Below, one piece after another: positions 26,899 through 42,566 of a DNA stretch of 64,000 bases. Every line of letters starts with the position of its first letter. Within the stretch, counting starts at the first letter, position 1. Made by a program: the position numbers and the translations under genes. Below the pieces are notes generated by a model. The model was not told where the DNA came from and did no database searches. It was given only the letters and a program-made list of their open reading frames with translations. Source of the stretch: the human T2T-CHM13v2.0 reference genome, Homo sapiens; NCBI RefSeq assembly GCF_009914755.1, contig NC_060928.1. One strand, 5' to 3'.

Positions 26899-27169
26899 AT
26901 CATTGGGTAAGAGAGATGATCTTAAAGCAGGCTTGGTTGACCTAGATAATTCACAGCATAAGTAGACACTTAAAAATATCTCACTAATTTATTAAAGTAT
27001 AATTGTATAACTTTCAAAAGCAGTTCCTAGAGGATAAAGACAAATATAATTTGGAACAAGAATTAAAGAAACATAAGAATGTGGGCTTATTTACTTATTA
27101 ATCAAGTTAAACAGTTTATCTAAACACATTCTCTATGATAGTTTCTCAAAGTTAATATATTCGAGAAAC

Positions 27170-29047
27170 CTCTATTGAGCAACTATTATGTGTTAGATAC
27201 CACCTGACTAGGTACCAAGGAGAATACTGTTTTAAGTGACAGTAGCTTATTAATAATAAGAGTACTTAATAATACAATGTGAGGAAGGCAATATATTTTT
27301 AGGGACGCAGATGACAAACACAAAATGCAGAGGAAGGAGGATGGAGGTGGAAGAGGGAAGACTTCAACAGGGAAGACTGACTCGCATGGGGACAAGTCTG
27401 GGGTTATGAAGGACTTAGGAACCTTTTGCAATAGTTCAGGTAAGAGGTGAAGAGGTTGGCAGATATTTACACCAACTTATTTCACAGACAAATAGGAACC
27501 CATCCGATAAGAACTTCCTATGCAAGACTATTGTGTCTACTTGCTCCCTAGGCCCTATATTCTTCATCTTGTGAAGGGCCTTGTGGTACTGAGAATTCTG
27601 AATCTTTACTGTCTATCTTAGGTTCCTGTCAATCAGAATTTACATATGCTCTGTTATCTCTAATCTTAAAAAATAACTAGCCCATCTCCCAATCCACCAG
27701 CCAGTGAACTTTCACTGTTCCCACAAAACTCTTAGAATTGACACCTTCAAGGAATTATTGGCACTTGCTATTCACTCACATCTCAACTGGCAGAAATCTG
27801 CCTCTGACCACACAAACTGCTCCCACCAATGGTTATTGAAGACTTTTGTGTCCCCAAATCCAGTGGGCCCATTCATCCTTTACTTTGATGGTTTCATAGC
27901 ATTGGCCACTGTTGAACATTTTCTACTACTTGAAACATCATCTTCCCACAACACCACATTTTCCTAGTTTTCTTCCTAATTATTCCCATAGTTGTCAGAT
28001 ATTTTACTGCCTTTTCTTCCTCTCTCTTCACAGATATTCGTTTGTTCTCACTCTCTGCACTTTCCACAGCGAATGCTTATCCTTCCTCAAGGCTAGCTAT
28101 TTTTATTTATATGTGAAGACTGAAGTATTGCCTCTAGCTTAGTTCTCCCTCTTTTTACCCCCTAGCATCTTCGAATCAATATATTAAATATTACCACATC
28201 TTTTCTTTTTCTCTTAAAACTTGCTGATTCACCAATATATCCTATCTTTCCTGGTGCTCACACTGGAAAGTTTGGCAAAATCTTTGATTTTTCCTTCTCC
28301 TTTTGTGACTATATCCAATAAATCACTTATACTTACACTTATTTATTGAGGACTTATTATACATTCTCAGTGCTTCTAAGCCTGAGATCTTCAGGATGGT
28401 AATAAATCAGTTACGTGAAAGGTGTGGAAAGATTGTTTCAAGCAGAGAAGAAAACATTTGCATAGGTGGGAAAGTTTGTCAGAAGGCCAATATAAAAACA
28501 GAAATCTGTTTGCATCGTTCTGTGCTTAAAACCCTAAATGCTTAATGTGGATAATAAAGCTCCTCAGGACTCTGACCTTGACTCTTCTCAGGCCTGTCTC
28601 ATTTCCTGGCCCTTCACTCTTTTTATTCCTGTCACACTGGATTTCCTTTGGCTCCTGCAATGCTGCAAGTTCTCTCTAACTTCAGACCTTCCACAAGCTC
28701 TTTCCTTAGCTGCAGGGAAAGATCTCATTGCACTTTCTCCTCTATCTGGCTAGTTCAGACTTATTCTGCAGGCCTTTGCAAGGAGGCCTTCCTTGGCTGG
28801 CAGCTCCATCCTCACTTCTGGGCAAGGGAAAGACCTACACGAACCCCTGTGCTTCCCTTTTATAAATAAATAACTGGCTTTTCTCTTGCTTAGTGTCAAT
28901 CTTCCATGTTAGACTACAGGCTTGATGAGGACAGAACCCTTGTCTGTATTTCTTTTTAACCTTTTATCTTCAGTGCCTCATACTATTCCTGCCATATTGT
29001 AAATACCCAATAAGAATTTGGGTGAAAACTGAATGAATAAATGAATT
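27170..29047. mobile_element. Cluster of L2 fragments, mostly sense, ending in an L2 tail
   Basis: actgttgaacattttctactacttgaaaca, agactacaggcttgatgaggacagaaccc, tail gaatgaataaatgaat. Confidence 0.7.
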
Positions 29048-29190
29048 CCAGGATATTGAAATAGAGGCAGATATCAAGGGTCATGGCCATCTTATCCCCG
29101 GCTGATAACCTACCCATATTGATGGTCTGTTTTATGTGGAAAAAATACTGAAATCAATTTCAACAATTTTGGATTTAAGTTTAAGAGTCA

Positions 29191-30830
<1,640 letters not shown>

Positions 30831-31494
30831 ATGATTTCAATCAGAATTGTAAGTAGAAGTTAGACTTATGATCCAAATTCAGAAGACATGTTCTGTTTCC
30901 TTTTACTTGACTCAGACAAGGCAAAAAACTGAAAGCTTTTTCATAGTATGTGTACTGTTCTTCAGATACCATATTGCCAAGGACAGTTAATTACATAATA
31001 GAATTACATGGTTTCTTCCTGTTGCTGACAATTTAGACTTTTTTTCATGTCTGTTCCTATAATTTTTCTCTAGATTACCCTGATTATTTGTACTTATTTA
31101 AACTGATGGGCTTATTTCTTTTATTCCTCCCGCTTAGGGCTTCATTAAAGTTTACTTTGCATAAAGAAGGAGCAGTGGTACTCTCGGTAACTTAGTTTTC
31201 TAAGGCAGTTTGAGAAATTCTAAAAGAGTTTACTCGCTGTTTTAACATCATAACATTTTCAAAACAACATAACATAGCAAAAATAATTTGTAAAGAGTTA
31301 CACAGTAATTTCCCAACAGCCCTCGACACCATGTACCAGCTGGTGCTCTCAGGGTGAATGGCTGGGTAATGGCTCAGTTCTCAGGGAGAAGGAAATGAAT
31401 ATCTAAGCAAGTTTTTTGTTTTGTTTTGTTTTTAAGTGCAATTAAATTCCCTTTAGGCAGACACTTCGTTTTGTTCAAGGCTGTTTTCCCTGGG

Positions 31495-31800
31495 CCTAGG
31501 ATTGTGTCTCACATTTTGTGGGTAATGTTAAATGTTAATATGTGCTGAATTAAATGAGTGAATAAATGAATAAAAATAAGCAAAAGGAGTTCACATAAAT
31601 AGAGAAGAAACATAGTTTTCTGGAAGGAGGTTTACATAAAGTCTGAGGACACCTAGGTTTTAAGCCTTAGCCAAGATAAGCATGCCACAACGTCTATTCC
31701 TTAAGTAGTAAAATGGAAATAATGATACCTCATAAGATGGTTGTGAGGATTCAGTGAAAGAACATGAACTATGTTGCACATACTGGATACTAGTTGAAAG
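31495..31800 (+). mobile_element. L2 tail followed by a MIR fragment
   Basis: tgctgaattaaatgagtgaataaatgaat; gtaaaatggaaataatgatacctcataagatggttgtgaggatt. Confidence 0.65.
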
Positions 31801-32376
31801 TTAAGTTTTTATCAGCCCCCATAACACCTCCCTTTCTTTTTTAGGTCATTACACTGATTTGTCTCCTTCTAGATAAGTAATCGAGTAATCATTTTTGTTG
31901 CTAAGTTTGTCGTTATTAGGGATCATAATACCTGAATGCGTCTTCAAGGATCAAATAACACCGTGCTTAGTAAAAAATTCTGAAGCCTAATAAACATTCT
32001 AAAGCTTATGCATTATTATTTTTTGGTAAGGTTGCTAAATTTCTATTATCTATAAATAACAGGATGTTATGTGATAGTCACACTCTATTCAATATGCTCT
32101 AGGTTCCTTAAGGATAGTAATGTAATTTGGAATATTTCCAAACTTTTCCTATCTTTGCAAATCGCTCTTCTTTCATGGCCCCTTCTATTCCCTTAACAAG
32201 CCATGTCTCAGAGGAGTAGCTCTGATTTGGGTCAAGGTAAAAAAAAATAGTCTTCAAGAATACTTTATTTTTCAATAATATTAAAATTTAGAATATTTAA
32301 TGGGAAGAATAATAGTATTAAATTGGAACTGAATGGGAATGCTTATTATTGTGGATAATTTCTTCTTTGGTTACTA

Positions 32377-32606
32377 CATGGTTTTTTGTCCTCAGCACTA
32401 TTGACATTTAGCGCTAGATTATTCTTTGTTGGGGATGAGGGTTGACTTTTGCATTGTAGGATGTTGAGTGGCATTCCTGGCCTCTACCCGTTAGAAGCCA
32501 GTGGCACCCTCCCAGCTATGACAACCACAAATGTCTTCAGATATTGCCAAATATATTCTGTGTAGGTTGGGGGAGGGGGATAAATAGCTCCCCATTGAGA
32601 ACATTG
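32377..32606 (-). mobile_element. MER20 hAT-Charlie element
   Basis: cctcagcactattgacattt...cattgtaggatgtt...cctggcctctaccc.ttaga.gccagt...gacaacca.aaatgtct.caga.attgccaaat. Confidence 0.92.
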
Positions 32607-32778
32607 AGTTACAGGAAGCACAGGATGCACTAAAGAGAATTTTCCAAGTGAAAGATTTCCTCCAACCCTTAGAACAAGGAGTTGATTTAAGCCAGATCTG
32701 AGATCAGAGAGCCATTCTAGTATCAAATAATTTTCTTTCACTTCCTCTTGCTTAGTGGCAATGCACTCAATGTGGTTT

Positions 32779-32913
32779 TAGGGCAGGCTGACTTTGGTTC
32801 CAGTTTCCTAGAACTGGCAGAGTTTACAGTTGATATTCTGGTGTAATTATTATAATGCTCCCTTTTAGTTTCAAGACTTATTGTTTGGACAATAAGTTAT
32901 ATGCTCACTTTAG
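32779..32913 (-). mobile_element. MER94-like hAT element
   Basis: ggtgtaattatta.aa.gctcccttt and tttggacaataagttatatg.tcac. Confidence 0.7.
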
Positions 32914-32929
32914 CCTGTGTGGTGACCAC

Positions 32930-33230
32930 TATTTTAGATGCTGGAACTCAGTGATAAAAAACATAGAGACTCCCTTCTGGAGTCCCTTTGGAGTCCATTT
33001 GGAGATCACATTACAGTAGGGAGGAAGAAAATAAATAAATGTATTGTGTAATGTAGCAAGTTACAAGTATTAAAATGCAAAAGGAGCTAGTTACAAGTGC
33101 CACTAAACGGAAAACAAGGAGATGGGGTGACAGGAGGGGTCTAGGATAATTCTTTAAATAATGTAGTTAGGAAGACCTCTTCAAACAGCATCATTTGAAT
33201 GGAGACCAAATGATGTGTGAATATGGATTA
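32930..33230 (-). mobile_element. L2 fragment
   Basis: agatgctggaactcagtgataaa...ggaagacctct...catttgaatggagacc. Confidence 0.6.
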
Positions 33231-33338
33231 TACTTCTCATGGCTTTTTCTGACCTAGATTTAATTTAAAGCTAAATCTTCAGTTTTTTATACATATGAAT
33301 TCATACATTTGAACCTTCATTCATACATATGAATCTCC

Positions 33339-33522
33339 TAGGTGAATCTAGGTTTTGTATGTGGCCTGCGGATTATATAGGGCAGGGAAAGAGGAAGGAA
33401 CTGTGGAAAAAATGCATATGTAATTATGACTAACAACTGGGTACAGGTACTTGGAAAGGGACTATGCTCGTGAGAAGTCCCAAAGCTTAAGCTTCATGAG
33501 CTTCATGGTGAATCCATTACTG
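33339..33522. mobile_element. MER45A-like hAT-Tip100 element
   Basis: aatctaggttttgt...ggcctg at one end and aagcttaagcttcatgagcttcatggtgaatcc at the other. Family name from memory. Confidence 0.6.
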
Positions 33523-36138
33523 GTGTTAGAAATCAGCAAGGGACAGGGGGCAGAAGCCCTCACTGGAATCAATGAGTGGGCACTTTCTTGAAGGACTGGC
33601 ACCTCCTCCGGCAACCGGTGAGTGTGGAGGGGCTGAAGAGAGAGTGGGACATCTCGAGACATCACTAATAAGCCAAGCCACATGCTTTTGCATAAAATTG
33701 AGTTTTCCCAATGTATTGTGGTTTGGTTGTGCTGCCCTTACCCCTCAAATATTACTACAGCATTTTATTGTGTGCCAGCAATTGGGTGTCATTTTGCAAG
33801 ACAGTCCACAAAGGAAGTTTTGAGGAATAGGTGGTTTTAAAAGTGCCATTAATGTTTCTAATGATAGCTGACAGGTAATTAGCCTGAATAATACTCTAAC
33901 CAAGTGGCTTGAGCAATTAAGACTGTCCTGTAAAAGTAAAGGATGCCTCATTTGATAAGAGAAGTGTAGGTTCCATGCAGTTTATTCCATTAAAATGAGC
34001 TGCTCCGTTATAAGCAGATTCAGAAGCTCTTTGTTCTTTCCCTTAAACCCCATAGATTCAAACTGTGGTCCTATTTGAAATCTGTCAGCTGAAGTTTTAA
34101 CCATAACACCAGTCTTATCTTTTCAAAAGGATTGGATCAAAGTAGCTTAGTTTTCATCTGAGTTTAACAGGGAAAATGGCCTGTGGCTATCACTCTGTAA
34201 TGAGAACTTTCCCAAGTGGCCAGCACTAAAGAAATACAGTGATGTTTTGACTTTGTGTTTGTTATCATCAGGCCTTCCAATCTCTAAATACATGTACACG
34301 CAAAAAATCATAGCTCTTTAGAGAAGTGATTTAAGAGTTAGTAATATAATTCATTATTTTACCTATGAGAAGAGCTTAATGAGAACTAAATAGGTCTTCA
34401 AACTAGGTCAAAATCAAAGATGTGACTCATTTTATATATCCTTAAGCATTAAACCCTACTGCAAAGAAGCAATGCATCATGAGACTAGATTGCTTATGTT
34501 CATAACAGGCTGCCTCACTAGATACTAAAATGGGAAAGGACAAATCAAACTTAAGCATTTGTATAAAATTTGAAGAATGGGATTTTTCTATAAGCTTTAA
34601 ACTAATATTTCAGCTAATAAACCAAAACTGCGATCATTCTCATATTTTTAAAATGTTATCAACCAGGGTAAAAGATGTTAGTAGTTTCTAATTTTTTTTC
34701 TAATGGAAGTATGCCTTTTAATACATAAGGGAAGTGAGGATGTTTGTGCTTGTCTTTTTTTCTTTTCAAAAACTTGAAGAAGCTGGTGTTTATTTTTACT
34801 TGGTATATTGTTTTACCCATATTTCAGTTTGTAAAATACATTAATATATTGAATTTTGGAAATATAGTAGTGCAAGTATTGGTTTTTTCAATATACTGTG
34901 CATGTGCGTCTGAGTGAGAAGTGGATCTAAAAATTGAATGGGATTACGATAGCCACTTGAAGCAATGTCAGTTAGTCTGCCTAGATGGGGAAGAACATTT
35001 GGGATTTCTTTGAATAATTTTTAAAACAGGTTATTTGCATATATATGTGTGTGTGTGTGTATATATTTATGGACACAAATTACTTTTATGTTGATAGTTT
35101 TACAATTTTTCAAATAACTAAAATATCACATTGTCATATAATGGTGCTAGATATAGAATTTGTGTTTGGGTCTATAATTTGACCTATGTTTTCTCTAAAA
35201 TTAAAGAAGTGAATACAACCCTGCCAACTTAGTATCTATATTAAATTTTGAGGCTTTTCGGTATAATTAGGATTACTATGTGATTTAGATATAAACTTAT
35301 TTCTACAATTAAATGTATAATAAAGCATTTTATTATAAATTCAAAAATAGGACACAAAATGTTAAAAAAAAACAAGGGCTTTTATTAAATAAATTACTTC
35401 TTTTCCTTTCTTTTTTTTTTTGACCTGGATTTTAATCTTTATTTGGATCATTTTCCAGCTAAGCACCTTGTGCTACGTTTAACTTCTTTTATTGTTAGTT
35501 ATTTATTATGTAACAAAGGACCTTTAATACCTCCTCAGTGGGCCATTGCAAAATCTACTTAAATTAATAGATGTAAAACAATTCCATGCTTGCCTGACAG
35601 AAAGTACTGAAAAATTACTTCTATTTTTACTTCTCTTTCATTTTCCTTCCTTTATTCTATAATCTAGGGTTAGACTCTATGTCAGATAAAATGTAGAAGT
35701 AAGTTGACCATTCAAGAGACCTGCACTGTTTATGCATCTGCTACCATATGCAAGGCATTGAAGCAAGCACTGTAGCGAGTACAATGAAGAGTAAAGCACA
35801 GTCCCTTCTTTTCCTCATGCCTCACTGAAAGAAAGGGTCAAATTTTAGTCACCCAATATAGGTGCATCATATACATTTGAATGAGTTTACTGTGGCTTTT
35901 GCTAAAGGTGTATTTCAATAAAACAATGGAATTATGTTAATATCAAAAAATTTCATTTCTTAGCTTTTCACTTGAGCAACATGCAGTTTAATAACTCTTG
36001 CTTGGGAAATAGATTATATGGATTTAGAAGGAGGTTTCTTCACATACTTGTAAGTATGAAACAATAACTTAAACACTATACACTGAAAATGATCAAAATA
36101 CGGTTGCTGTAAGTTCTTTACACGTAAAATCTTTGAGG

Positions 36139-36624
36139 CGTAGACTATTACTTCCTTTCCTATATCTATTCCTCCCTTTCCCTTTATAACAGAATCCCAG
36201 ATTCTAAGTGGACACAAACTCTAAGCTAAAAAATGATTACTTTTCCCACAGTCCCTTAAACCTTGGTCTAATTAAGCTCTAGAGAATGAGATGCAAACTG
36301 TTACATAGTGCTCTGGAAAGTTTCCTTAAAAAGGAGAGGTCATGCATCTCTTCTGCCCTTTAAGCAACTAATTGGCATAAGATGTGATGGCTGAAGTTCT
36401 AGGAGCAACATTGGCTGATATGGCTGAAGACCACATCCCAAAAGTGGCAGAGAAGTGAGCTTGAAGGGGCTAGTTGTCTACTGACTATGTGGAATAGCTC
36501 TACTAACCTTAAACCGTCAACCTCAGGAATTCTTTTATGTAAGGGAGAAATAAACTTCTATTTAGTTTGGATCACTGTTTTATTACTTTTTCTTATGTGG
36601 CCCAATCCCATCCCAAATGATACA
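36139..36624 (+). mobile_element. MaLR solo LTR (MLT1I/J-type)
   Basis: taacagaatcccagatt, gatgtgatggctgaagttctaggagca, gagaaataaacttctattt, terminal tgataca. Confidence 0.8.
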
Positions 36625-37164
36625 CAATACAATTATTGAAATCATACATTAATATTATATTTAATGGCATGAGGAAATTCAGGTAAATATATTGGGCAAA
36701 ATAAATTAATTTATTCATAAACAAATAAATAAACCAAACCATTGGCAGCATTTTTTATTTTTACTTTCTTCTTTATACTCTTCTGTATTTTTTAAATTTT
36801 CTAAAATGGATAGGTAACACTGAAAAGAACATATTTGTACCTGAAGTTTGCATACATGGTTGCTTACTGCCTTATAAAAATGTGTTGGCTTGGAAGTGCA
36901 GAATATTGATTTGGAAGACTTTTTTATATATTGGCAAATCATTGTCTACAATAATTGCTTTAATTTAATTTTCTCTGAAGCCAACAACATAAAAAGAGTG
37001 CTCATTTAATTGCTTTATAACATAACACAAAGTAGTCCCTTTAAATTTAATAACTTGACTATACATTAGGAACATGGTTTTTAACTTTTATTTTGATTGA
37101 AAATTTGTTTCCTCCCTACAAAAATTATTGGTGAACAAATGATAATCTTAACTAGATTTGTGAA

Positions 37165-38690
37165 ATAAATAGAGGAGTCAGGATGATTCTAAGATTTTTG
37201 GCCTAAGCAACTAGACGTATAAAATATGCTATGAGGGGGAAGACTAAGGGAGGGACAGGATCCTCCAAACTAAACTTTGAAAAGGCATCCAAAATTTAGT
37301 CCTGGATATGTTGAGTATGAGATTACTGTTAGAAATCTAAGTGGAGGTATTGCATGGGGAATTAGATATATGAATCTGGAATTCAAGAAAGAGGCTTGAG
37401 CCAAAGATTTAAATCTGGGAGTCATCTCCTTTAGACAATATTTAAAATCATGAGTTGGGTGAGATCATCATCTCAATGAACTTATAAAGAGAAGAGATGA
37501 GAAAAAATGAGGCAAGAGATAAACCAAGTGTTAGGAAGGATAACATGATAAACTACATCAAATGTTCATGATAGGACAAAGAAATTTGGCAGACATATTT
37601 AGCATGTGTATGTCATCGGGCACCTTAGCAAGGGTGTTTTCGTAAGGGATAGGGGATAAAGCCTGAAAGAAACAGGGAAAGTGGAGGAGAGGAGAGTTGG
37701 AGAGAATAAATACAGATTATCTTTTCATGGAGTTTTGCTTTAAACAAGAGGTGAGAAATGAGGCACTAGTTGGCATAGAAAGTGAGGTCAAGATAAAATG
37801 TTGCTTTGTTTTGTTCTAATATGGGAAATATGACAATGAGTTTTTATTATGCTGGTAGCAATGATTCAGGAGAAAGAAAAAATGATGATGTAAGAGACAG
37901 AAAAGCGAAGGGCTGGGACTATGTCCGTGGAGGGGATGTAATTAAGCATGCATGTAGAGAAGCTGGCTGCAGGAAAGAGAACAGAGAGGTCACTGGTAGG
38001 AACAGGCAGAAAAGTAAGTTAAAAGGACGCAGATACTCGTAGGTGAGTAGATGTAGGGGTGCAATAGTGGAGGCTCCTCACTGATTACTTCAATGTTACT
38101 CAGTGAATTGAGAAGCAAGGTCACTAGTAGAGAGTGAGGGTGGGCACGAAGGTGTTTGAGGTTTGAGGAAACAAGGTCGGGCTGAAATATTAGGTTATTA
38201 TAGTGGAGAGTGAATGGGCCATGGAAAGAGTGTGAATGGCCAGCAGCATTAAGGCCCACCTGGGGGTTGTGGTCAGAAATATGAAGTGGAGCCCGTGAGC
38301 ATGGTGTGTGTTGTTCTCCAGTCACTTTCACTTTCAGCTGGGTGTAGGCATGAAGTAGGATAAAAATTGGACCTAACCTGGATTAGCCAAAGGAGTATGA
38401 GTGAGAAATGATCAAGAAAATGTGAAAATGCCAGAAAATGATTGTAGTGGATGTCCATGGAATTTAAGCCGAGCAAGGAGAGAAGGAGGCATATTCAGTG
38501 GGTGAGATTTAAAGTCAATGGATTGGAAATCCCAATTGGATGGAAATATTGTAGGAGTTGGGATATTAAAGGGAATGAATTAGAAAGATGGGAGTGAATG
38601 CCTCAGGTATAGCTAAGAATAGGAATAGCTATGATAGGATGGAAGACAAGTCCACTGGAAGATTTCAAGGAACTGAGAAAAAGCAAACTT
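37165..38690 (-). mobile_element. L2 LINE, long fragment
   Basis: gaggagtcaggatgattctaagatttttggcctaagcaact, tgaatctggaattcaagaaagagg, gctgggtgtaggcatg. Confidence 0.8.
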
Positions 38691-39299
38691 TGAAGCTTGA
38701 ATTTTGCATGCAATTTTATAAACTTTCTAATTTTGTCTTTTTAAAATTAAGACTTTCTTAATATCACAGCATAGGAGTTACAGAGTTACAGCTGTACAAT
38801 TATGTTAGCATCTGTTTAGGGACAAGAATAGGATACAGGTATCTGAACTTTTTTTTTCTAGAAATAAACAGCTAGAAAGTGACACCATTCTAGTTAATTC
38901 TGATGTTGGTATGATATTTTAGAGAGTTTAAACACATGGAATTGTCACCATCAACTATCTGTAATCTTCAAAAATGGCTATTTTATGTAGTTGAACCTAA
39001 TATGCGTACTTGAATGCACGCAGTTATGTATATGCATCAGTATGGCAAAAATTCTCAAACAAAAGTAACAAAACTCAGTCTGATATTATGTTTGCAGGAA
39101 TAGGCTTTCTGGAAAAGATATCTCCTGATTTTCCCTTTTAAGGGGAAGAAAAATTAAGGCAGAGCAGGTAGGCAAGGAATGGCTTTCATTTTACACTTTT
39201 ATAGTCTTTCTCCCTGGGCTCATTCTCAACAGACTCATTATCACAAGCTAGATGTCAGTGATGTTTTTAACATTTTGGTTATAAAAATAATAACAAGCA

Positions 39300-40061
39300 C
39301 AAATTTGTTTTCAAAAGATGCAGACAATATAGAAATGGACACGGGAGAATAGGAAAGTTACCTTTTTCTTTTCTTTCCCAAACTTCAACTGTTTTTCCCA
39401 GAGGTAACCTGTGCAAAATGCTTTCTCTGTATTCTAAAGTCTGCTTTCTATGCAATGGCCGGTATCTACCTATACATATAAATGCATCGCTCCTCCTTTT
39501 CTTCCTATTATCACAAAAATGGGAAAATAATATGACATATTTTTCAATTTGAATTTTTTATTTAGTGATATATCTTATAGATCTTTTGCATCAACACATG
39601 TAGTATAACTGCATTGTACTCAACAGTATTAATATACCACTATTTTTAAAACCACCTCTCTAGTTTTGGATGTTAGATTATTAGAAGTAAATGAGGATAA
39701 TAATAATTCTACATTCACAAAATAGTATAAAAGTTGAATAATACAGCTTATATAGAACACTTGTGAGAACACCTGGCATATAGTAAGCTTTCAAACCAAC
39801 ATTTGAAAAGACTAATTTTTTCTAAATCTGATGGATGAAAATGATGAAAAATTGCTCTCCTATTTGTTTTCTCTTATCAGTAAGTATTTTAAGTATCTCT
39901 CCATATGTGTATCTTCCATTTTGTCCTATGTAGCTTTTTATCCTTTACAATTAATCCCTTTTGGTTTGGGGACTTATATATTCCAGTCATAATTTTGGGG
40001 TATTAAATGCATCAAAACATTTTATCGCTACTATTCAGTTTTATATTTTTAAAATAATATC
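39300..40061 (-). mobile_element. Old L1ME-type fragment (with a MIR piece near 39685-39790); host of the ERV insertion
   Basis: Decayed antisense L1 3' motifs that resume at 46312 after the provirus. Confidence 0.5.
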
Positions 40062-40327
40062 TACAGTAAAGACTTTCAGTGTGTCTTTACTTAACACCCT
40101 TTTGTTCAGCTCTGACTTTAGCTGTGGTTGTGGTGGATAGTATCCCACATCAAGATGTCTCGGGACCTTGTCTAAAGACATGGGGCTTCCTCAGCCAGTA
40201 TGTAATTACAGCCCAGAAACTAAAAGAGTGATAATGTCTCTAAGGGCAACCCTCAACCAATGGGTGACAGGAGCTAGAGGACAAATGCTCCAGAACCCCT
40301 TACTTTCTGTAAATAAAATAAAATAAA

Positions 40328-40396
40328 ATACCAGATGTGGTATTTTTATTGAATCAAGAAATACAGCCTCTGGTACTTGATATGTGATTATTGACC
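40328..40396 (+). repeat. 69-bp copy of the ERV RT segment 42672-42740, sitting in the 5' LTR
   Basis: Ungapped at offset 2344; 2 mismatches in 69. Confidence 0.96.
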
Positions 40397-42566
40397 AAGA
40401 GCCATTATGTATGCTTCTCAAAGATTCCCAAGTAATTGAGTTCCTATTGCTTACAACTGCGGCCTCTGTATGTATTCTTATATTTACTTTTGCTCTTCCT
40501 TATTCTTACCTTTCCAAATAACTTACTCCTGCTTCTTAGATTCATCTCTTATATAAATCATCTGTCCCCAACTCTCAGGCTCTACTTTTAAAGGAGTCCA
40601 AATTAAGACAATTGACACTGGAGTTGGCCATGGTAAACAAACTGTGAAGATGGGATACCGGAGTAGGATCATTCATTCATTCGTTAGTCAGCAATAATTA
40701 CCACACTGCATTTGATAAGTGGGTTAATACTATAGGATGGTGATGGTGGAGTGGTGCTCTTGATAAGTGGAGTGGTGATGGATGCAATTTCACAAACACT
40801 TACTTATGGCTTATTGGGATGAGTTATAAGCTAACGTTGAAGAATTGGGTTATGCCTTACCACTAGCAATTGAGTGAGATAGAAACAATTACAGTTATGA
40901 GACTGGATTGGCTGACTTTTGTTAATTGCTTTAGAATTCTGAGGGAATAATAGAGAATGGTAAACTCCTTTCTTTAAGCAGACCCTGATCTTCTGTAGCC
41001 AGAAGGAAGCCTCGATGGAGTTTAATTGTAAGGTGGCAACACTGCAAAGGAGACTGTGTGTCAGTCTCAGTGGGTCAATTACATTAAAGTCAGAAAACAG
41101 ATAGGAGAATATTCAGAATTTGATGTTGGATAAATGTGCCTGAGAACTTTTAACTCCCAAATATTACCAGGTTGCAATCCAATCTTTTATTCTGCTTCTC
41201 CCCCATTGTAGAGAAGGGCAGCATGCCCTTACCTTACCATACAAAGATATCATCTAAGGCAGAAAAGAAGTCCCATAGTTAATACTTAATAGTCTCAAGA
41301 TTCCATCTTTGTGTTCTCTCACTGTGTTCAGCCAATAACTAAAGTCATGGTAGAGCCAAGCCTGAGTGGAAAATTATCCTGGATGTTCCAAACTCTTGGA
41401 TGAAATAGTTATTTTATTGACAATTGCAAGATTTGACTAATATTCATAAGCAGGAAACAGCAGAGCATGTACAGTACTGGATCTTGAAAGTGTTGAACCA
41501 AGTGGGGTGAGGTTCAGAATGTAAGGCTGGAGAAGGGAGAGTTTATTGGCATAGGAATGCTTTCCTTTGCCAGGAAAATTGAAACCCATCTTGTATGCTT
41601 CCAATATGGCTACTTGAAGCTTGGGCTTGATGATGGCCTTTAGTGAATGAGTTGGAGATGCAGTAACTGTCTTGTGAGTGTATTAAGGATGGGGTCAGAG
41701 GAGAGAATATTAGAATGGATTTATTATATGAGAACATAAAACCACTTTACTGTGAAAGTCCAGAGGACACTTCCTGTGTAAAGCAATAAATAATGGACCT
41801 GTGAGGGACACTCTAATATTGGCGAAAAGCTCAGTGGTTGCTGTGCTCTGAAGACCAGTGTTGACAGTAGAGTAGATTGTCATGGAAATGGGATAACAAC
41901 GATAGGTTCATGGAAGATCAGAGTCCAGGAAAATATTCTTAGGCATTAGAGGTGAATGAGATGGAATTACCATAATGAACATCAGGGTTAGAGTGACAAA
42001 CAGGTTACCTTCACCTACAGGGATCTCTCGCAATGACTGTTAGAACAAGGCATTTGTAGGGTGAGAATGATGGTATTTCTTGAGTTGTATAACCAAAATA
42101 CTATGCTAAAATAAAATAAACAGCCAGAAGGAAGACATCTACTTGTTAATGGCACAATGAACAATTCAGTCTCTCATTCTGTTTCAAAAACAGAACGACT
42201 CAGAAGCAATCAATTGAAGGAAAGATCAAGTTCCCTTGAGGAGGGTTTTGTAAAACATTACAAGAGTACACATAAATATTTCCTAGTATTTTTCCAGTGA
42301 GACCTGCACCAATTACCAGGAAAAGCGGGTGTGCTTGGTCTTTTGATGGATTTGGGATACAAAGCTTCAGTTGACACAGGTACTAAGAGATCCAGAAGCC
42401 TATCATGTCTTTCACTCCTTCCTTAGAAGAAATAATTAGACTTACTGATATTAAGTCCAAATGAGTCTGCAAGCCATACTGTCCATAGTCCCCAGATGGA
42501 ATTCAAGAGCTTGGCCTTTTCTTCAAACTTAAAAGATTCAAGAGTAGTGGCTTCAATATATTCATG

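Noticed and set aside
33339-33522. Possible MER53/miR-1302-type hairpin
   Set aside because: Lacks the ttgggacatacttatgc core and the long palindrome; fits a MER45-like element better.
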